Assembly (NCBI GenBank): GCA_902539825.1
Contig: CACBMH010000003.1
Location: 2,592-66,591 of the forward strand
Reading direction: 5' to 3'
From: an uncultured Alphaproteobacteria bacterium
GTDB lineage: Bacteria > Pseudomonadota > Alphaproteobacteria > HIMB59 > GCA-002718135
DNA: 64,000 nt
Below, piece by piece: positions 9,903 to 20,040 of the stretch. A program made the translations under genes and the position numbers. A model generated the notes under the pieces. The model was not told where the DNA came from, searched no databases, and worked only from the letters and a program-made list of their open reading frames with translations. Positions within the stretch are counted from its first letter, which is position 1; each line of letters begins with the position of its first letter.

Positions 9903-10952
9903 TTATACTGCTATATCTACTATTTTTTTCATAACAGTTGGCATTCTAGAACTAGAATAAGATGATTTCTTTATCCAATTACTTTTTGTTAATTTCGCTT
10001 TTTTAACATTTCCATAAAAAATTTCTGTTTCTAAATCAAAATGACTAAATGAATATTCAAATGAACCTTTAGATTGTAATTTTGTTTTTATTTTTTGTAT
10101 GTCTTCATCAGTAGTTAGCAATTTTTTATTTTTAACCCAGACATCATTTGGTACTTCAAGCATAGAGGCCAACATTCCTTTATTTGGTCTACTTCGTACT
10201 AGGATTTCATTCTTTTCATTCACAATTACGTAAGCTCTTGTGTACTTTACTGGCTTATTACTTTTCTTTTTTTGTTTAAAAGGAATTTTTTGCTGTAAAT
10301 TCTTTTTATATGATTGGCAAAATTTATTAATTCCACAAATATTACATTTAGGGTTTCGTGGAAGGCATATCTCTGACCCGTAATCCATAAAAGACTGAAT
10401 TAAGTTTGAAGAATATTTATCTGTGATGAATTTATTTCCCAAATCTTTAAGTTTATTTTTTACTTTATTAATTGGTTTATCGATAGCATGTAACCTAACC
10501 AAAATTCTCTCAATATTAGCATCAAGTGGCATGACTGATTTATTATATCCAATTCCAAGAATTGCTTTTGCAGTGTAATCTCCAATACCAGGAAGTAGGA
10601 TGAGTTCATCATAAGTTTCTGGTATGTTATTTTTAAAATTATTTTTAATTATTTTTGCAGACTTTAATAAATTTCTTGCTCTTGAATAATAACCAAGACC
10701 TGACCAGAATTTCAAGATATTTGGCTCTGAAGTTTGCGCTAATTTATTTAGTGAAGGCCATTTTAAAATAAATTCATTAAATTTATTTTTTACGGTATTT
10801 ACTGTTGTTTGTTGAAGCATATACTCACTTACAAACACAAAGTATGGATGAGGTAAATTTAGATTATTTTTCTTCCGCCATGGTAGTTTTCTGGCATTCA
10901 TAGAATACCATTGAAGTAAAAACTTTATTACTTGTGTTTCGTGTTTAAACAT
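9903..10952 (-). CDS. mutY: A/G-specific adenine DNA glycosylase
   Basis: It has an HhH-GPD region (LLPGIGDYTA), an Fe-S Cys cluster (CLPRNPKCNICGINKFC) and a NUDIX-like C-terminal domain. Confidence 0.9.
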   Translation of the reverse strand: MFKHETQVIKFLLQWYSMNARKLPWRKKNNLNLPHPYFVFVSEYMLQQTTVNTVKNKFNEFILKWPSLNKLAQTSEPNILKFWSGLGYYSRARNLLKSAKIIKNNFKNNIPETYDELILLPGIGDYTAKAILGIGYNKSVMPLDANIERILVRLHAIDKPINKVKNKLKDLGNKFITDKYSSNLIQSFMDYGSEICLPRNPKCNICGINKFCQSYKKNLQQKIPFKQKKKSNKPVKYTRAYVIVNEKNEILVRSRPNKGMLASMLEVPNDVWVKNKKLLTTDEDIQKIKTKLQSKGSFEYSFSHFDLETEIFYGNVKKAKLTKSNWIKKSSYSSSRMPTVMKKIVDIAV

Positions 10953-10985
10953 ATTGCTTTCATATTTAGGTACTATAAATTATTT

Positions 10986-11507
10986 ATGCATATGGACAAA
11001 AAAAATTTAAAACAAAAAAGAACATTTGTTCCACAATCTATTGGCGATACTCTGAGGAAGGTAAATAGAAAATTTTCCTCTAAATATAATCGTACAGAAT
11101 TTGTAATTAACTCCAAATGGCCTGAAATTGCTGGTAGTTATTTTAAAGAATATTCAGAGCCGTTAAATGTTTCAAGGGTGCGTGATTTTGAAAATGATTT
11201 AGGTGAGACGGTATATAAAAATTATCTAAATGTGAGTGTTGCACCGGCCGCAGCCATTGAGTTTCAACACTTTAAGGACACTATAATTGAAAAAATTAAT
11301 ACTTATTTTGGCTATAAAGCTATAATGGACTTGAGAATTCATCAAAATTACATACCTAAACATACGTATATGAAACAAAGTAAGAAAAAACAAATAAACA
11401 AAGATGACATAAGATTTGTTGAAGAAAACGTTAAAGAATTTCAAAATTTAGATTTGAAAAAATCGCTATTAAATTTAGGTAATAAAATTACAACTGAGGA
11501 CAAATGA
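10986..11507 (+). CDS. DUF721 (DciA-like) protein
   Basis: It has the W-x-x-I-x-G pattern (WPEIAGSYF) and the L-V-x-V ... INTYFGYKAI pattern of DUF721. It is divergent from mutY, as in other alphaproteobacteria. I moved the start to the ATG at 10986. Confidence 0.6.
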   Translation: MHMDKKNLKQKRTFVPQSIGDTLRKVNRKFSSKYNRTEFVINSKWPEIAGSYFKEYSEPLNVSRVRDFENDLGETVYKNYLNVSVAPAAAIEFQHFKDTIIEKINTYFGYKAIMDLRIHQNYIPKHTYMKQSKKKQINKDDIRFVEENVKEFQNLDLKKSLLNLGNKITTEDK

Positions 11508-12118
11508 TGAAAATTAGAATTTTATTAACTTCTATTATACTATCACTACTTTTTATTAATGCCAAAGCAGCTGAAAATTCAATACTAGATGTTAAAGATA
11601 ATGATTTTTATATTGGAGAAGAAAATGCTCCAATCACAATTATAGAATATGCTTCAATGTCTTGTAGTCACTGTGCAGATTTTCATAATGATACTCTAGC
11701 AGAATTAAAAAAAGAGTTTATTGATACTGGTAAAGTTAAGTTTATTTTTCGTGATTTTCCCTTTAATTATCCGGCTCTTGCTGGAAGTATGATTTTAAGA
11801 TGTGTCCCCGAAGATGTAAGATACGATTATATGAATGGGCTTTATAAACTTCAAAATAGTTGGGTTAATAGAGATCATTCAAAAACAAGATCTGAGTTAT
11901 ACAAAATAATGCAAAGTGGCGGTATGCAACAAGAAGATTTTGATGCATGTTTAAGTAATGTGGATTTAGAGAATCAATTACTTGAAGGTGTAATGGAAGC
12001 GCAAAGAGAATATAAAATAGGCTCCACTCCGTCATTCATAGTTAATGGAGTTTTATATTCCGGGAATAAAAACATAAAAGAGTTTAGACAAATCATCGAT
12101 AAAATATTATCACAATAG
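11504..12118 (+). CDS. periplasmic DsbA-family thiol:disulfide oxidoreductase
   Basis: It has a signal peptide, a CSHC active site and a GSTPSFIVNG cis-Pro-loop-like motif. Confidence 0.85.
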   Translation: MMKIRILLTSIILSLLFINAKAAENSILDVKDNDFYIGEENAPITIIEYASMSCSHCADFHNDTLAELKKEFIDTGKVKFIFRDFPFNYPALAGSMILRCVPEDVRYDYMNGLYKLQNSWVNRDHSKTRSELYKIMQSGGMQQEDFDACLSNVDLENQLLEGVMEAQREYKIGSTPSFIVNGVLYSGNKNIKEFRQIIDKILSQ

Positions 12119-12121
12119 TTG

Positions 12122-14767
12122 ATGATTAATTTTAGGACCCTTAAGGTCAAAGGCTTTAAGTCTTTTGTTGAACCAACAGAAATTTTGATTGAAAATGGCT
12201 TAACAGGTATTGTTGGTCCAAACGGATGTGGTAAATCGAATCTTGTAGAGGCTTTTAGGTTTGTTATGGGTGAACTTTCTCCGAAACAAATGAGAGGAAG
12301 TGAATTAGACGATGTAATCTTTAATGGAACAGATGATAGACCAGCGTGGGATATTGCCGAGGTTACTATAGATTTAGATAATAAAGCAAGAAAAGCACCA
12401 AGTATTTTCAATGAAAATGATACCATTGAAGTAACTAGAAGAATTTGGCGAGGTGAAGGTTCAGAATATAGAGTTAATGGCAAGGAGGTGCGATTAAAAG
12501 ATGTACAATTGCTATTTGCTGATGCAGCAACAGGTGCTCGTTCAACATCGATGGTTAGTCAAGGAAGAGTTGGAGCTATTATCGCTGCTAAACCTGAACA
12601 AAGAAGGACATTACTGGAAGAGGCTGCAGGAATTACAGGTCTGCATTCAAGAAGACACGAAGCTGAATTACGATTAAATGCTACTGAAAATAACTTAGAG
12701 CGTGTTAAGGACGTATTAAAAGCACAAGATGAACAACTTACAATATTAAAGAAACAATCAAAACAAGCTGAAAGATATAAGTATATTCAAAAAGATATTA
12801 CAAAAGCAAGAGCAAGATTATTTTACAAAAAATGGATTGATGAAAAAGATAAATTAAAAAATGCAAATGAAAAAATTCAATCTGAAACAAATATTGTAAA
12901 TGACCAAACACAAGTTGTAGCACAAATAAATGTTGAATTTGAAAAAGTTCAAGAAAGTCTTCCAAACCTTAGACTCCAAGAAAGTAAGATTGCAGCTGAG
13001 CTGCAGAAATATTCAATTAGTTTAGAAAATCAAGAAAAAGAAATTGAAAGAGCAAATATTGCAGTAGATGAAACGAAAGTCCGTATAGAGCAAATTAAAA
13101 ATGATATTGATAGAGAGAAGTTTTTATTCGAAGATGCAAAACAGAATCTTGAAAGAGTACAAGAAGAAAAATCAATTTTGTTAAAACAACAAGGTGATCT
13201 TTTTATTCAAACTGATGATGATTTAAATACTGAAAATGGTACTAATAAAAAAAATAATAATCCAATAATTGATTATCTAGACTTTGAAGATGGTCTTGAA
13301 CAAGCAATTGCTGCAGTTTTTTCAGATGAGTTAATTGCATCTATCGATGAAGAACAAAGTATTTTTTGGAGAAAATTGGATGTGGAAGATTCTTCCTTTA
13401 ATTCAGAAATTACAAAATTTTCCTCTCTAATCAAAGCTCCAGATAATTTGAAAAAGAAGTTAGAATTTGTTGGATTAATAGAAAATAAAGAAAATATTTT
13501 AGAAATTCAAAAAAACTTAAAACCAGGACAAATATTAGTTAGCAAACTAGGAGAAATTTGGAGATGGGATGGATATGTATCTAAAGGTAAACAAAATAAT
13601 TCTACTAAAGCTATATTAGAGCAACTAAAAAATAGAAGAATAAAGCAATTGAGTGCAGAAGAAAAACAATGGAATGATATTTCTGCAAAAGCAAATCAAA
13701 GAATAGAAGAATTAAATTCAAGGCAAAGTTCATTAATTGGTGAATTATCAAATCTCCAATCCGTTCCTGAAGATGTATCAAGTGAAAAATTAAAAATACA
13801 AAAATTGATTGATGAAAATAAGAATTCTTACGAGCAAATAGCTGAGCAACTTCGTCAAACTGAACAAAATTCTAATGAAATCAATAAGAAATTAAAACTA
13901 GAGGAGATTAAATTAAATGAATTGAGAGAAGAGAGAATTAGAACTGAAGGTCAAATCAATACTATTAATGAAGCAATTAAATTATTATCTACTCAAGTAA
14001 AAGAAAGATTGAGTGTAGATCTAGAAGAACTTTACAATATTGGAGAAATCAATCCAAATAAAGTTTTAGGCGAGACTGATGATTTAGAAAAAAAGTTAGA
14101 GAGACTAATTGGAGAGCAAGAACGTTTAGGTGGTGTAAATCTTCTCGCAGAACAAGAGTCAAAAGATTTAGAAGAAAAAGTTAATACGATAAAGAAAGAT
14201 CAAAGCGACCTTTTAAGTGCAATTGCAAAACTAAGAGAAGCAATTGACTCACTGAATACAGAAGGTAGACAACGCTTACTTGCTGCATATGGCATAGTAA
14301 ATGAAAATTTTCAAAAGTTATTTACCAGGTTGTTTGGTGGTGGAAAGGCTTATCTAAAGTTTACAGATGAGTCAGATCCTCTTCAAGCTGGTTTAGAAAT
14401 ATTTGCTAGTCCTCCTGGAAAAAAATTACAAAATCTAAATTTACTTTCTGGAGGTGAGCAAGCTCTTACAGCCTTATCATTATTATTTGCTGTATTTTTA
14501 TCAAATCCAGCTCCCATTTGTGTACTTGATGAGGTTGACGCTCCATTGGATGATACTAATGTTGATAGATTTTGTTCATTAGTGGAGGAAATAGCTAAAA
14601 CTTCTTCAACAAAATTCTTAGTAATAACTCACCATAGAATGACAATGGCAAGAGTAAATAGATTATTTGGTGTTACTATGCCCGAGAAAGGTGTATCACA
14701 ATTAGTTTCCGTTGATCTTGAAAAAGCAATTGAGATAAAAGAGCAAGACACTACAAATGAATTATAA
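12122..14767 (+). CDS. smc: chromosome segregation protein SMC (short, about 881 aa)
   Basis: It has Walker A GPNGCGKSN, long heptad-rich K/E/Q arms, signature LSGGEQALTALSLLFA and Walker B CVLDEVDAPLDD. Confidence 0.9.
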   Translation: MINFRTLKVKGFKSFVEPTEILIENGLTGIVGPNGCGKSNLVEAFRFVMGELSPKQMRGSELDDVIFNGTDDRPAWDIAEVTIDLDNKARKAPSIFNENDTIEVTRRIWRGEGSEYRVNGKEVRLKDVQLLFADAATGARSTSMVSQGRVGAIIAAKPEQRRTLLEEAAGITGLHSRRHEAELRLNATENNLERVKDVLKAQDEQLTILKKQSKQAERYKYIQKDITKARARLFYKKWIDEKDKLKNANEKIQSETNIVNDQTQVVAQINVEFEKVQESLPNLRLQESKIAAELQKYSISLENQEKEIERANIAVDETKVRIEQIKNDIDREKFLFEDAKQNLERVQEEKSILLKQQGDLFIQTDDDLNTENGTNKKNNNPIIDYLDFEDGLEQAIAAVFSDELIASIDEEQSIFWRKLDVEDSSFNSEITKFSSLIKAPDNLKKKLEFVGLIENKENILEIQKNLKPGQILVSKLGEIWRWDGYVSKGKQNNSTKAILEQLKNRRIKQLSAEEKQWNDISAKANQRIEELNSRQSSLIGELSNLQSVPEDVSSEKLKIQKLIDENKNSYEQIAEQLRQTEQNSNEINKKLKLEEIKLNELREERIRTEGQINTINEAIKLLSTQVKERLSVDLEELYNIGEINPNKVLGETDDLEKKLERLIGEQERLGGVNLLAEQESKDLEEKVNTIKKDQSDLLSAIAKLREAIDSLNTEGRQRLLAAYGIVNENFQKLFTRLFGGGKAYLKFTDESDPLQAGLEIFASPPGKKLQNLNLLSGGEQALTALSLLFAVFLSNPAPICVLDEVDAPLDDTNVDRFCSLVEEIAKTSSTKFLVITHHRMTMARVNRLFGVTMPEKGVSQLVSVDLEKAIEIKEQDTTNEL

Positions 14768-15044
14768 AAATAAAAATTTAGAAGAATTAGGTAAAAAAAT
14801 TGATGATTTAGATAATCAAAATAAAGAACCTAATATTAAAAAAAAAGAAAGTGGTGCAGGATTTGGTTTTAAAATTAGTACAGAAATTATAGCTGCACTA
14901 GTTGTTGGAGTTGGAATTGGGCTTATTGTGGATAATTACTTTAATACTAAACCAATAGGCTTAATTATTTTCTTCATATTTGGCGCATTAGCTGGATTTT
15001 TGAACGTTTATCGTGTAATGCGTCGCATTGAAAAGCAAAGGTAA
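14757..15044 (+). CDS. atpI: ATP synthase protein I-like small membrane protein
   Basis: It is 95 aa with two hydrophobic helices and sits immediately upstream of atpB, in the alphaproteobacterial F0 operon position. Confidence 0.6.
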   Translation: MNYKNKNLEELGKKIDDLDNQNKEPNIKKKESGAGFGFKISTEIIAALVVGVGIGLIVDNYFNTKPIGLIIFFIFGALAGFLNVYRVMRRIEKQR

Positions 15045-15065
15045 TTTTAATATTCAATATCAATT

Positions 15066-15800
15066 ATGGCCGCAAAAGATAGTCCCCTAAAACAGTTCGA
15101 AATAGATCCAATATCTAATATTGAACTTGGAGGTTATAACATTTCTTTCACAAACTCATCTTTTGCAATGCTAATTACTGTTTTAGTGATTACTCTATTT
15201 TTAACTTTAACAGTGAACACAAGATCAATTATCCCTTCTAGGATGCAGCTTATCTCAGAGCTTATGTATAATTTTATTGCTCAGTTACTCTCTGATACAG
15301 TTGGAGATAATGGAAAAAGATATTTCCCATTTGTTTTCTCTTTATTCATGTTTGTACTAATTGGAAATATGGTTGGAATGATACCATATCAATTTACTTT
15401 CACGAGTCACATCATTGTTACATTTGCATTAGCAGCAGTTGTATTTATTGGCGTAACTATTCTTGGATTTATTAACCATGGTATTAAATTTTTTACTTTT
15501 TTTTATATACCAGGTGTACCGTTTTACATGCATCCACTGCTTATTCCCATTGAGGTAATTTCTTATTTATCAAGACCTATAAGTTTATCAGTTAGATTAT
15601 TTGCAAACATGCTGGCTGGTCACACACTACTCAAAGTATTTGCAGGCTTTGTTGTTTCCATGCCATTTTTTACAGGAGTTTTTCCTTTAGCTTTCATTGT
15701 AGCTTTAACAGGATTAGAAATTTTAATTGCTTTTTTGCAAGCATATGTGTTTGCAATACTGACGTGTTTATATATTAACGATGCTTATCATTTACATTAA
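15066..15800 (+). CDS. atpB: F0F1 ATP synthase subunit a
   Basis: It is a polytopic membrane protein with the motif SLSVRLFANMLAGH. Confidence 0.95.
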   Translation: MAAKDSPLKQFEIDPISNIELGGYNISFTNSSFAMLITVLVITLFLTLTVNTRSIIPSRMQLISELMYNFIAQLLSDTVGDNGKRYFPFVFSLFMFVLIGNMVGMIPYQFTFTSHIIVTFALAAVVFIGVTILGFINHGIKFFTFFYIPGVPFYMHPLLIPIEVISYLSRPISLSVRLFANMLAGHTLLKVFAGFVVSMPFFTGVFPLAFIVALTGLEILIAFLQAYVFAILTCLYINDAYHLH

Positions 15801-15818
15801 TTTAAAATAGGAGGACTT

Positions 15819-16043
15819 ATGGAAATTGAAGCAGCAAAAGTAATCGGAGCGGGTTTAGCCGTTATCGGTGTTATTGGATCAGGGATTGGAATTGGGAATA
15901 TTTTCTCATCTTTTATTCAAGCAGTTGGAAGAAATCCGGCAGCAAGAGGTGAAGTTTTTACAATGACAATGTTAGGTTTCGCATTAGTTGAAGCGATTGC
16001 ACTTTTCGCGCTAGTTATTGCGTTAGTTATTTTGTTTGGATAG
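15819..16043 (+). CDS. atpE: F0F1 ATP synthase subunit c
   Basis: It is a 74-aa hairpin proteolipid with GRNPAA and the carboxylate in ALVEAIALF. An AGGAGG Shine-Dalgarno sequence lies upstream. Confidence 0.95.
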   Translation: MEIEAAKVIGAGLAVIGVIGSGIGIGNIFSSFIQAVGRNPAARGEVFTMTMLGFALVEAIALFALVIALVILFG

Positions 16044-16060
16044 AACTCAATAATTAATTA

Positions 16061-16552
16061 ATGCCTCAATTAAATCCAGAGTTTTTTGTTTCACAGCTCT
16101 TTTGGTTAGCTGTATTTTTTACTTTTCTATTTGTATTTTTATGGAGGGTATCACTTCCAAGAATAGCTACAGTTTTAGAGAGAAGACAAAATAAAATAGA
16201 TGAAAATTTATCTTCAGCAAAAGAGCTTCAAGAACAGGCAATGGAAATTGAAAAAAAAATTAATGATCAGATCAATAAGACTAAACTAGAAACAGATGAG
16301 AAAATTAAAGAAACAATCAATGCTTTACAAGAAAATGTTTCTTCTCAACTTTCTTCACTTGATAAAGATTTAGAAAAAAAAGTTTCTGATGCAGAAAAAG
16401 AAATTTTAAAAAGTAAAGATGATCAAATGAAAAATATTAACAATGAAATAGTTAATATTACAAAACTGACTGTTGGAAAAATTACAGATATAGAATTGTC
16501 AGACAATGAACTTAATAAAGTTATTGAAACACATAAAGGTAATTTTAACTAA
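16061..16552 (+). CDS. F0F1 ATP synthase subunit b'
   Basis: It has an N-terminal TM helix and a long charged helix. It is the first of two b-type genes after atpE, the alphaproteobacterial arrangement. Confidence 0.8.
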   Translation: MPQLNPEFFVSQLFWLAVFFTFLFVFLWRVSLPRIATVLERRQNKIDENLSSAKELQEQAMEIEKKINDQINKTKLETDEKIKETINALQENVSSQLSSLDKDLEKKVSDAEKEILKSKDDQMKNINNEIVNITKLTVGKITDIELSDNELNKVIETHKGNFN

Positions 16553-17037
16553 TGTTTTCTGATCCTCAATTTTGGGTAGCGGTATCTTTTATATTATTTA
16601 TTGCAGCAATTTTTAATCCAGTACGAAAAATTCTTACATCCAGTTTAGATGCACAAATAAAAGATATAAAAAATAAAATAGATGAAGTTGAGAATTTAAA
16701 AAACGAGGCTCAAAAAGCTTTGGATGAACTTAGGGAGAGAGAATCTAAAGTAGAGAAAGAAATACAAAATCTAAAGTTAGAATCTGAGAAAAGAATTGCT
16801 GAATTGAAAGATATATCTGCCACTAAATTAACTGATCAAATTGAGAAAAGAAAAATATTGGCAGAAAATAAAATTGAACAATTAGTTCGAGATACTAATA
16901 ATTCTATCAAAAGTTATATTTCAAGTGTTGCAATAGAGGCTACTAGAAATATTCTACTTCAAAATCTAAGTAAGGATAAAAAATCTGCTTTAATTGAAGA
17001 GTCAATTACCGAATTTAACTCTGTTCTAAAGAACTAG
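16552..17037 (+). CDS. atpF: F0F1 ATP synthase subunit b
   Basis: It has an N-terminal TM helix and a charged coiled helix. It overlaps the b' stop by 1 nt (TAATG). Confidence 0.8.
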   Translation: MFSDPQFWVAVSFILFIAAIFNPVRKILTSSLDAQIKDIKNKIDEVENLKNEAQKALDELRERESKVEKEIQNLKLESEKRIAELKDISATKLTDQIEKRKILAENKIEQLVRDTNNSIKSYISSVAIEATRNILLQNLSKDKKSALIEESITEFNSVLKN

Positions 17038-17149
17038 TAGTAGACTTAGTTATTCCAAAATCTACTTACAATATTAATAATTTAATATTAAAAGATTTTC
17101 AAAATCTATAGTATTATTAAGTAACCAAAATTAATGGTAACAAATTTGG

Positions 17150-18091
17150 ATGACAAAAAAACTTAATATATTTCTTGCAGGACCTCGGGGATTTTGTGCA
17201 GGTGTAGATAGGGCTATAGAAATGGTAAAGGGTGCTCTAAAAAAATATGGAGCGCCCGTATACGTTCGTCATGAAATAGTGCATAATAAATTTGTTGTTG
17301 AAAATCTCAAATCACAGGGAGCTATTTTTGTAGAAGAATTAAATGAGATTGAAGATAGAAGTAGGCCAGTTATCTTTTCTGCACATGGTGTTCCAAAAGC
17401 AGTCCCTGAGGAAGCATTAAGTTTAAATTTAGTATATTATGATGCAACATGTCCGCTTGTTAGCAAAATCCATAAAGAAGTTGAAAATTTTGATAAAAAA
17501 AATCTGCCAGTAATTTTAATTGGTCATAGAAATCATCCTGAAGTTATTGGAACTATGGGTCAAACAGATAAAAAAATTCATTTAGTAGAAAAAGTTGAAG
17601 ATGTAAAAAAATTGCCTTTAAACCAAAATGATGAGATTGCATATGTTACTCAGACAACGCTATCAGTAGATGATACAAAAGATATAATAAAAGAGATAAA
17701 ATTACATTTTAGTAATGTCATAGAACCAAAAAAAAATGATATTTGTTATGCTACGACAAATAGACAAGAAGCGGTTAAAAAGATAGCGAATCAATGTGAT
17801 TATTTTTTAGTCATTGGTGCAAGTAACTCATCAAATTCCCTAAGATTAGTTGAAGTAGCAAAAAATTATGGATCAAAAAAAGCTATTTTAGTAGAAGATG
17901 TAGATTCCTTAAATTTAAATATATTTCAAGAATCTGAAAATATAGGAATAACAGCAAGTGCATCATCGCCAGAAGTACTTGTTAAAAAACTTCTTGATAA
18001 TTTGAAAAGAAATTTTGAAATACATATAAATGAAGGATCTTACCAAAAAGAAGATGTATTTTTTAAAGTGCCGCAAAAACTAAACGTATAG
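17150..18091 (+). CDS. ispH: 4-hydroxy-3-methylbut-2-enyl diphosphate reductase
   Basis: It has GFCAGVDRAI, a conserved Cys in DATCPLV, and SSNSLRL. Confidence 0.95.
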   Translation: MTKKLNIFLAGPRGFCAGVDRAIEMVKGALKKYGAPVYVRHEIVHNKFVVENLKSQGAIFVEELNEIEDRSRPVIFSAHGVPKAVPEEALSLNLVYYDATCPLVSKIHKEVENFDKKNLPVILIGHRNHPEVIGTMGQTDKKIHLVEKVEDVKKLPLNQNDEIAYVTQTTLSVDDTKDIIKEIKLHFSNVIEPKKNDICYATTNRQEAVKKIANQCDYFLVIGASNSSNSLRLVEVAKNYGSKKAILVEDVDSLNLNIFQESENIGITASASSPEVLVKKLLDNLKRNFEIHINEGSYQKEDVFFKVPQKLNV

Positions 18092-18094
18092 AAG

Positions 18095-19045
18095 ATGGCA
18101 GTCTTTACTAAATTACTTAAAGAAGATATTGAAATCTTTATTTCTGAATACTCAATTGGAAATTTAGACAGCTTTGAAGAAATTGTAGATGGGATAGAGA
18201 ACTCTAATTTTAAAATTTTTTGTAATAATCAACCATATATTTTAACAATTTTTGAAAAAAGAGTAACTGAGCAAGAATTACCTTTTTTTATAAATTTAAA
18301 AAACTTTTTAAATAAAAACAATTTTAAATGTCCAAAAGCTATCTCAGATAAAAATGGAAAAATTTTAAAAAGAATAAAAAATAAAACAGCTGTAATAATA
18401 TCTTTTCTAGAAGGTAAAAGTATTGAAGAACCTAACGCTGAAATGTGTAGAGAAGTTGGAAAAATGGTTGCTGATTTACACAATCTTACCATAAATTTTG
18501 ATGAAAAAAGACCTAACAGTTTAGATCTACAGGATTGGAAAGAAATTTACAAAAAGTGCCTTAATAATAAATCCGAAAAGTTTAATGAAACAATGTATTT
18601 GTTAAAAAATGAATTAGACTATTTAGAAAATTATTGGCCAACAAATATTCCTTGTGGTGTCATACATGCTGATTTGTTTAGAGATAATATTTTTTTTAAA
18701 GATGAAAAAATTTCTGGAGTAATAGATTTCTATTTTGCATGTTATTATTTTTATATTTACGATTTAGCTATAGTTATTAATGATTGGTGTTTTAGTGAAA
18801 ATGGACAATACTTTAACAAAGAGAACTGCTTAATAATTCTTGGGGAATATCAAAAGTTGAGGGAATTAAGTGATATTGAAAAGAAATCATTAAATATTTT
18901 ATTAAGAGCTGCTGCTGTTAGAATATTATGTACGAGAATGCACGATTATATTTTTCATCCGCCTGATGCGGTAGTTGTTAAAAAAGATCCATTTGAATAT
19001 TTGAATATTTTAAGATGGCATCAACAAAATGATATTTTTGAATAA
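18095..19045 (+). CDS. thrB: homoserine kinase, type II (APH-fold)
   Basis: It has the phosphotransferase-fold motif IHADLFRDNIFF and GVIDFYFA. Length (316 aa) and context fit the alpha/pseudomonad-type ThrB. Confidence 0.75.
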   Translation: MAVFTKLLKEDIEIFISEYSIGNLDSFEEIVDGIENSNFKIFCNNQPYILTIFEKRVTEQELPFFINLKNFLNKNNFKCPKAISDKNGKILKRIKNKTAVIISFLEGKSIEEPNAEMCREVGKMVADLHNLTINFDEKRPNSLDLQDWKEIYKKCLNNKSEKFNETMYLLKNELDYLENYWPTNIPCGVIHADLFRDNIFFKDEKISGVIDFYFACYYFYIYDLAIVINDWCFSENGQYFNKENCLIILGEYQKLRELSDIEKKSLNILLRAAAVRILCTRMHDYIFHPPDAVVVKKDPFEYLNILRWHQQNDIFE

Positions 19046-19473
19046 TGATTAATATTTATACAGATGGCGCATGTTCTGGAAATCCTGGTATAGGTGGATG
19101 GGGTGTCGTGATATTAGATAATAATAAAGAAATTTTATTAAATGGTGGTGATCAACACACAACTAATAATAAAATGGAACTTACAGCAGCAATAAAAGCG
19201 CTGGAATATTTTGAGATAAAAAAAGAATTAATCATTTATACCGATAGCAAATATGTAAAGGATGGTATTGAATCATGGATTACAAATTGGAAAAAAAATG
19301 GATGGAAAACTTCAACAAAAAAAATAGTGAAAAATAAAGAATTATGGATGCAATTAGATAATCTAATTAATAAACATAATGTAAAATGGAAATGGGTTAA
19401 AGGACACGCTGGTTTCGAATTTAATGAGAAAGCTGATGAACTAGCAAGGAAATATATTGAAAGTTATATTTAG
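19045..19473 (+). CDS. rnhA: ribonuclease HI
   Basis: It has IYTDGAC..NPG, NNKMEL, YTDSKY and KGHAG..NE.AD motifs and is 142 aa. Confidence 0.95.
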   Translation: MINIYTDGACSGNPGIGGWGVVILDNNKEILLNGGDQHTTNNKMELTAAIKALEYFEIKKELIIYTDSKYVKDGIESWITNWKKNGWKTSTKKIVKNKELWMQLDNLINKHNVKWKWVKGHAGFEFNEKADELARKYIESYI

Positions 19474-20020
19474 TTTATTTTTTATATTTCTGTATTGTAA
19501 GCAGAGTGCAGCTAATGATTTATGGACTATTGATAAAAATATTTCTAGTATAGAATTTGAAGTTCCAGTTTTGTTAACGAAAAATGTTATCGGTAAATTT
19601 AATGAATTTGATGGTTTTGTTTCCTTAGATTTGTCAAATCAAAATAATAATAAAGCTCTTATAAATGTTAGAATTGATAGTTTAGATATAAATTACAAAC
19701 GATATAAAGATTTAGTTCTTAGTGAAGTTTTTTTTGATGCTAAAAAATATCCTTTAGGTCTTATTGATACAAATAATTTTAAATTTAATTATGAAGACAA
19801 TAAAATTAATTTAATAGGTGAGTTAACAATAAAAGGAAAAAGTCAAAATATTCCTATTAATATTGAAGTAATAAAATTGGCCAGTGAGTTGGTTCAGGTA
19901 AAAAGTGAAATATCTTTTTCTAGAAATGACTTTAAAATAGGCACTGGTAATTGGAAAAACACAACAGTCCTCAAAGATAAAATAAAGATAAAGGCAAATA
20001 TTTTTCTTTTTAAAGAATAA
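19457..20020 (+). CDS. YceI-like periplasmic lipid/polyisoprenoid-binding protein
   Basis: It has a signal peptide. The pattern SSIEFEV...G.F..F.G... and the length are typical of the YceI family. Confidence 0.7.
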   Translation: MKVIFSLFFIFLYCKQSAANDLWTIDKNISSIEFEVPVLLTKNVIGKFNEFDGFVSLDLSNQNNNKALINVRIDSLDINYKRYKDLVLSEVFFDAKKYPLGLIDTNNFKFNYEDNKINLIGELTIKGKSQNIPINIEVIKLASELVQVKSEISFSRNDFKIGTGNWKNTTVLKDKIKIKANIFLFKE

Positions 20021-20040
20021 TTTTTTTTAAGATAAATTTA

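Noticed and set aside
11974-12483. A 169-aa minus-strand ORF spanning the dsbA/smc junction.
   Set aside because: It is antisense to two confidently identified genes and is Ser/Leu/Pro-rich shadow-frame sequence with no family resemblance. The same reasoning applies to the other listed antisense ORFs (963..1172, 3765..3995, 4804..5010, 5916..6149, 7679..7978, 8717..8989, 11226..11444, 18229..18492, 22254..22490, 22878..23084, 23703..24156, 24892..25311, 29453..29656, 32036..32230, 36697..36885, 37287..37475, 39377..39694, 41980..42237, 44136..44387, 45069..45275, 46411..46623, 48416..48700, 50768..50980, 51734..51955, 53945..54190, 59911..60111, 60342..60551 and 60756..60968).
17038-17149. 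A possible terminator or structured RNA in the 112-nt atpF-ispH spacer (GTAGA...TCTAC).
   Set aside because: The stem is only 5 bp with a 16-nt loop and has no U tract. The region is otherwise featureless AT-rich sequence.
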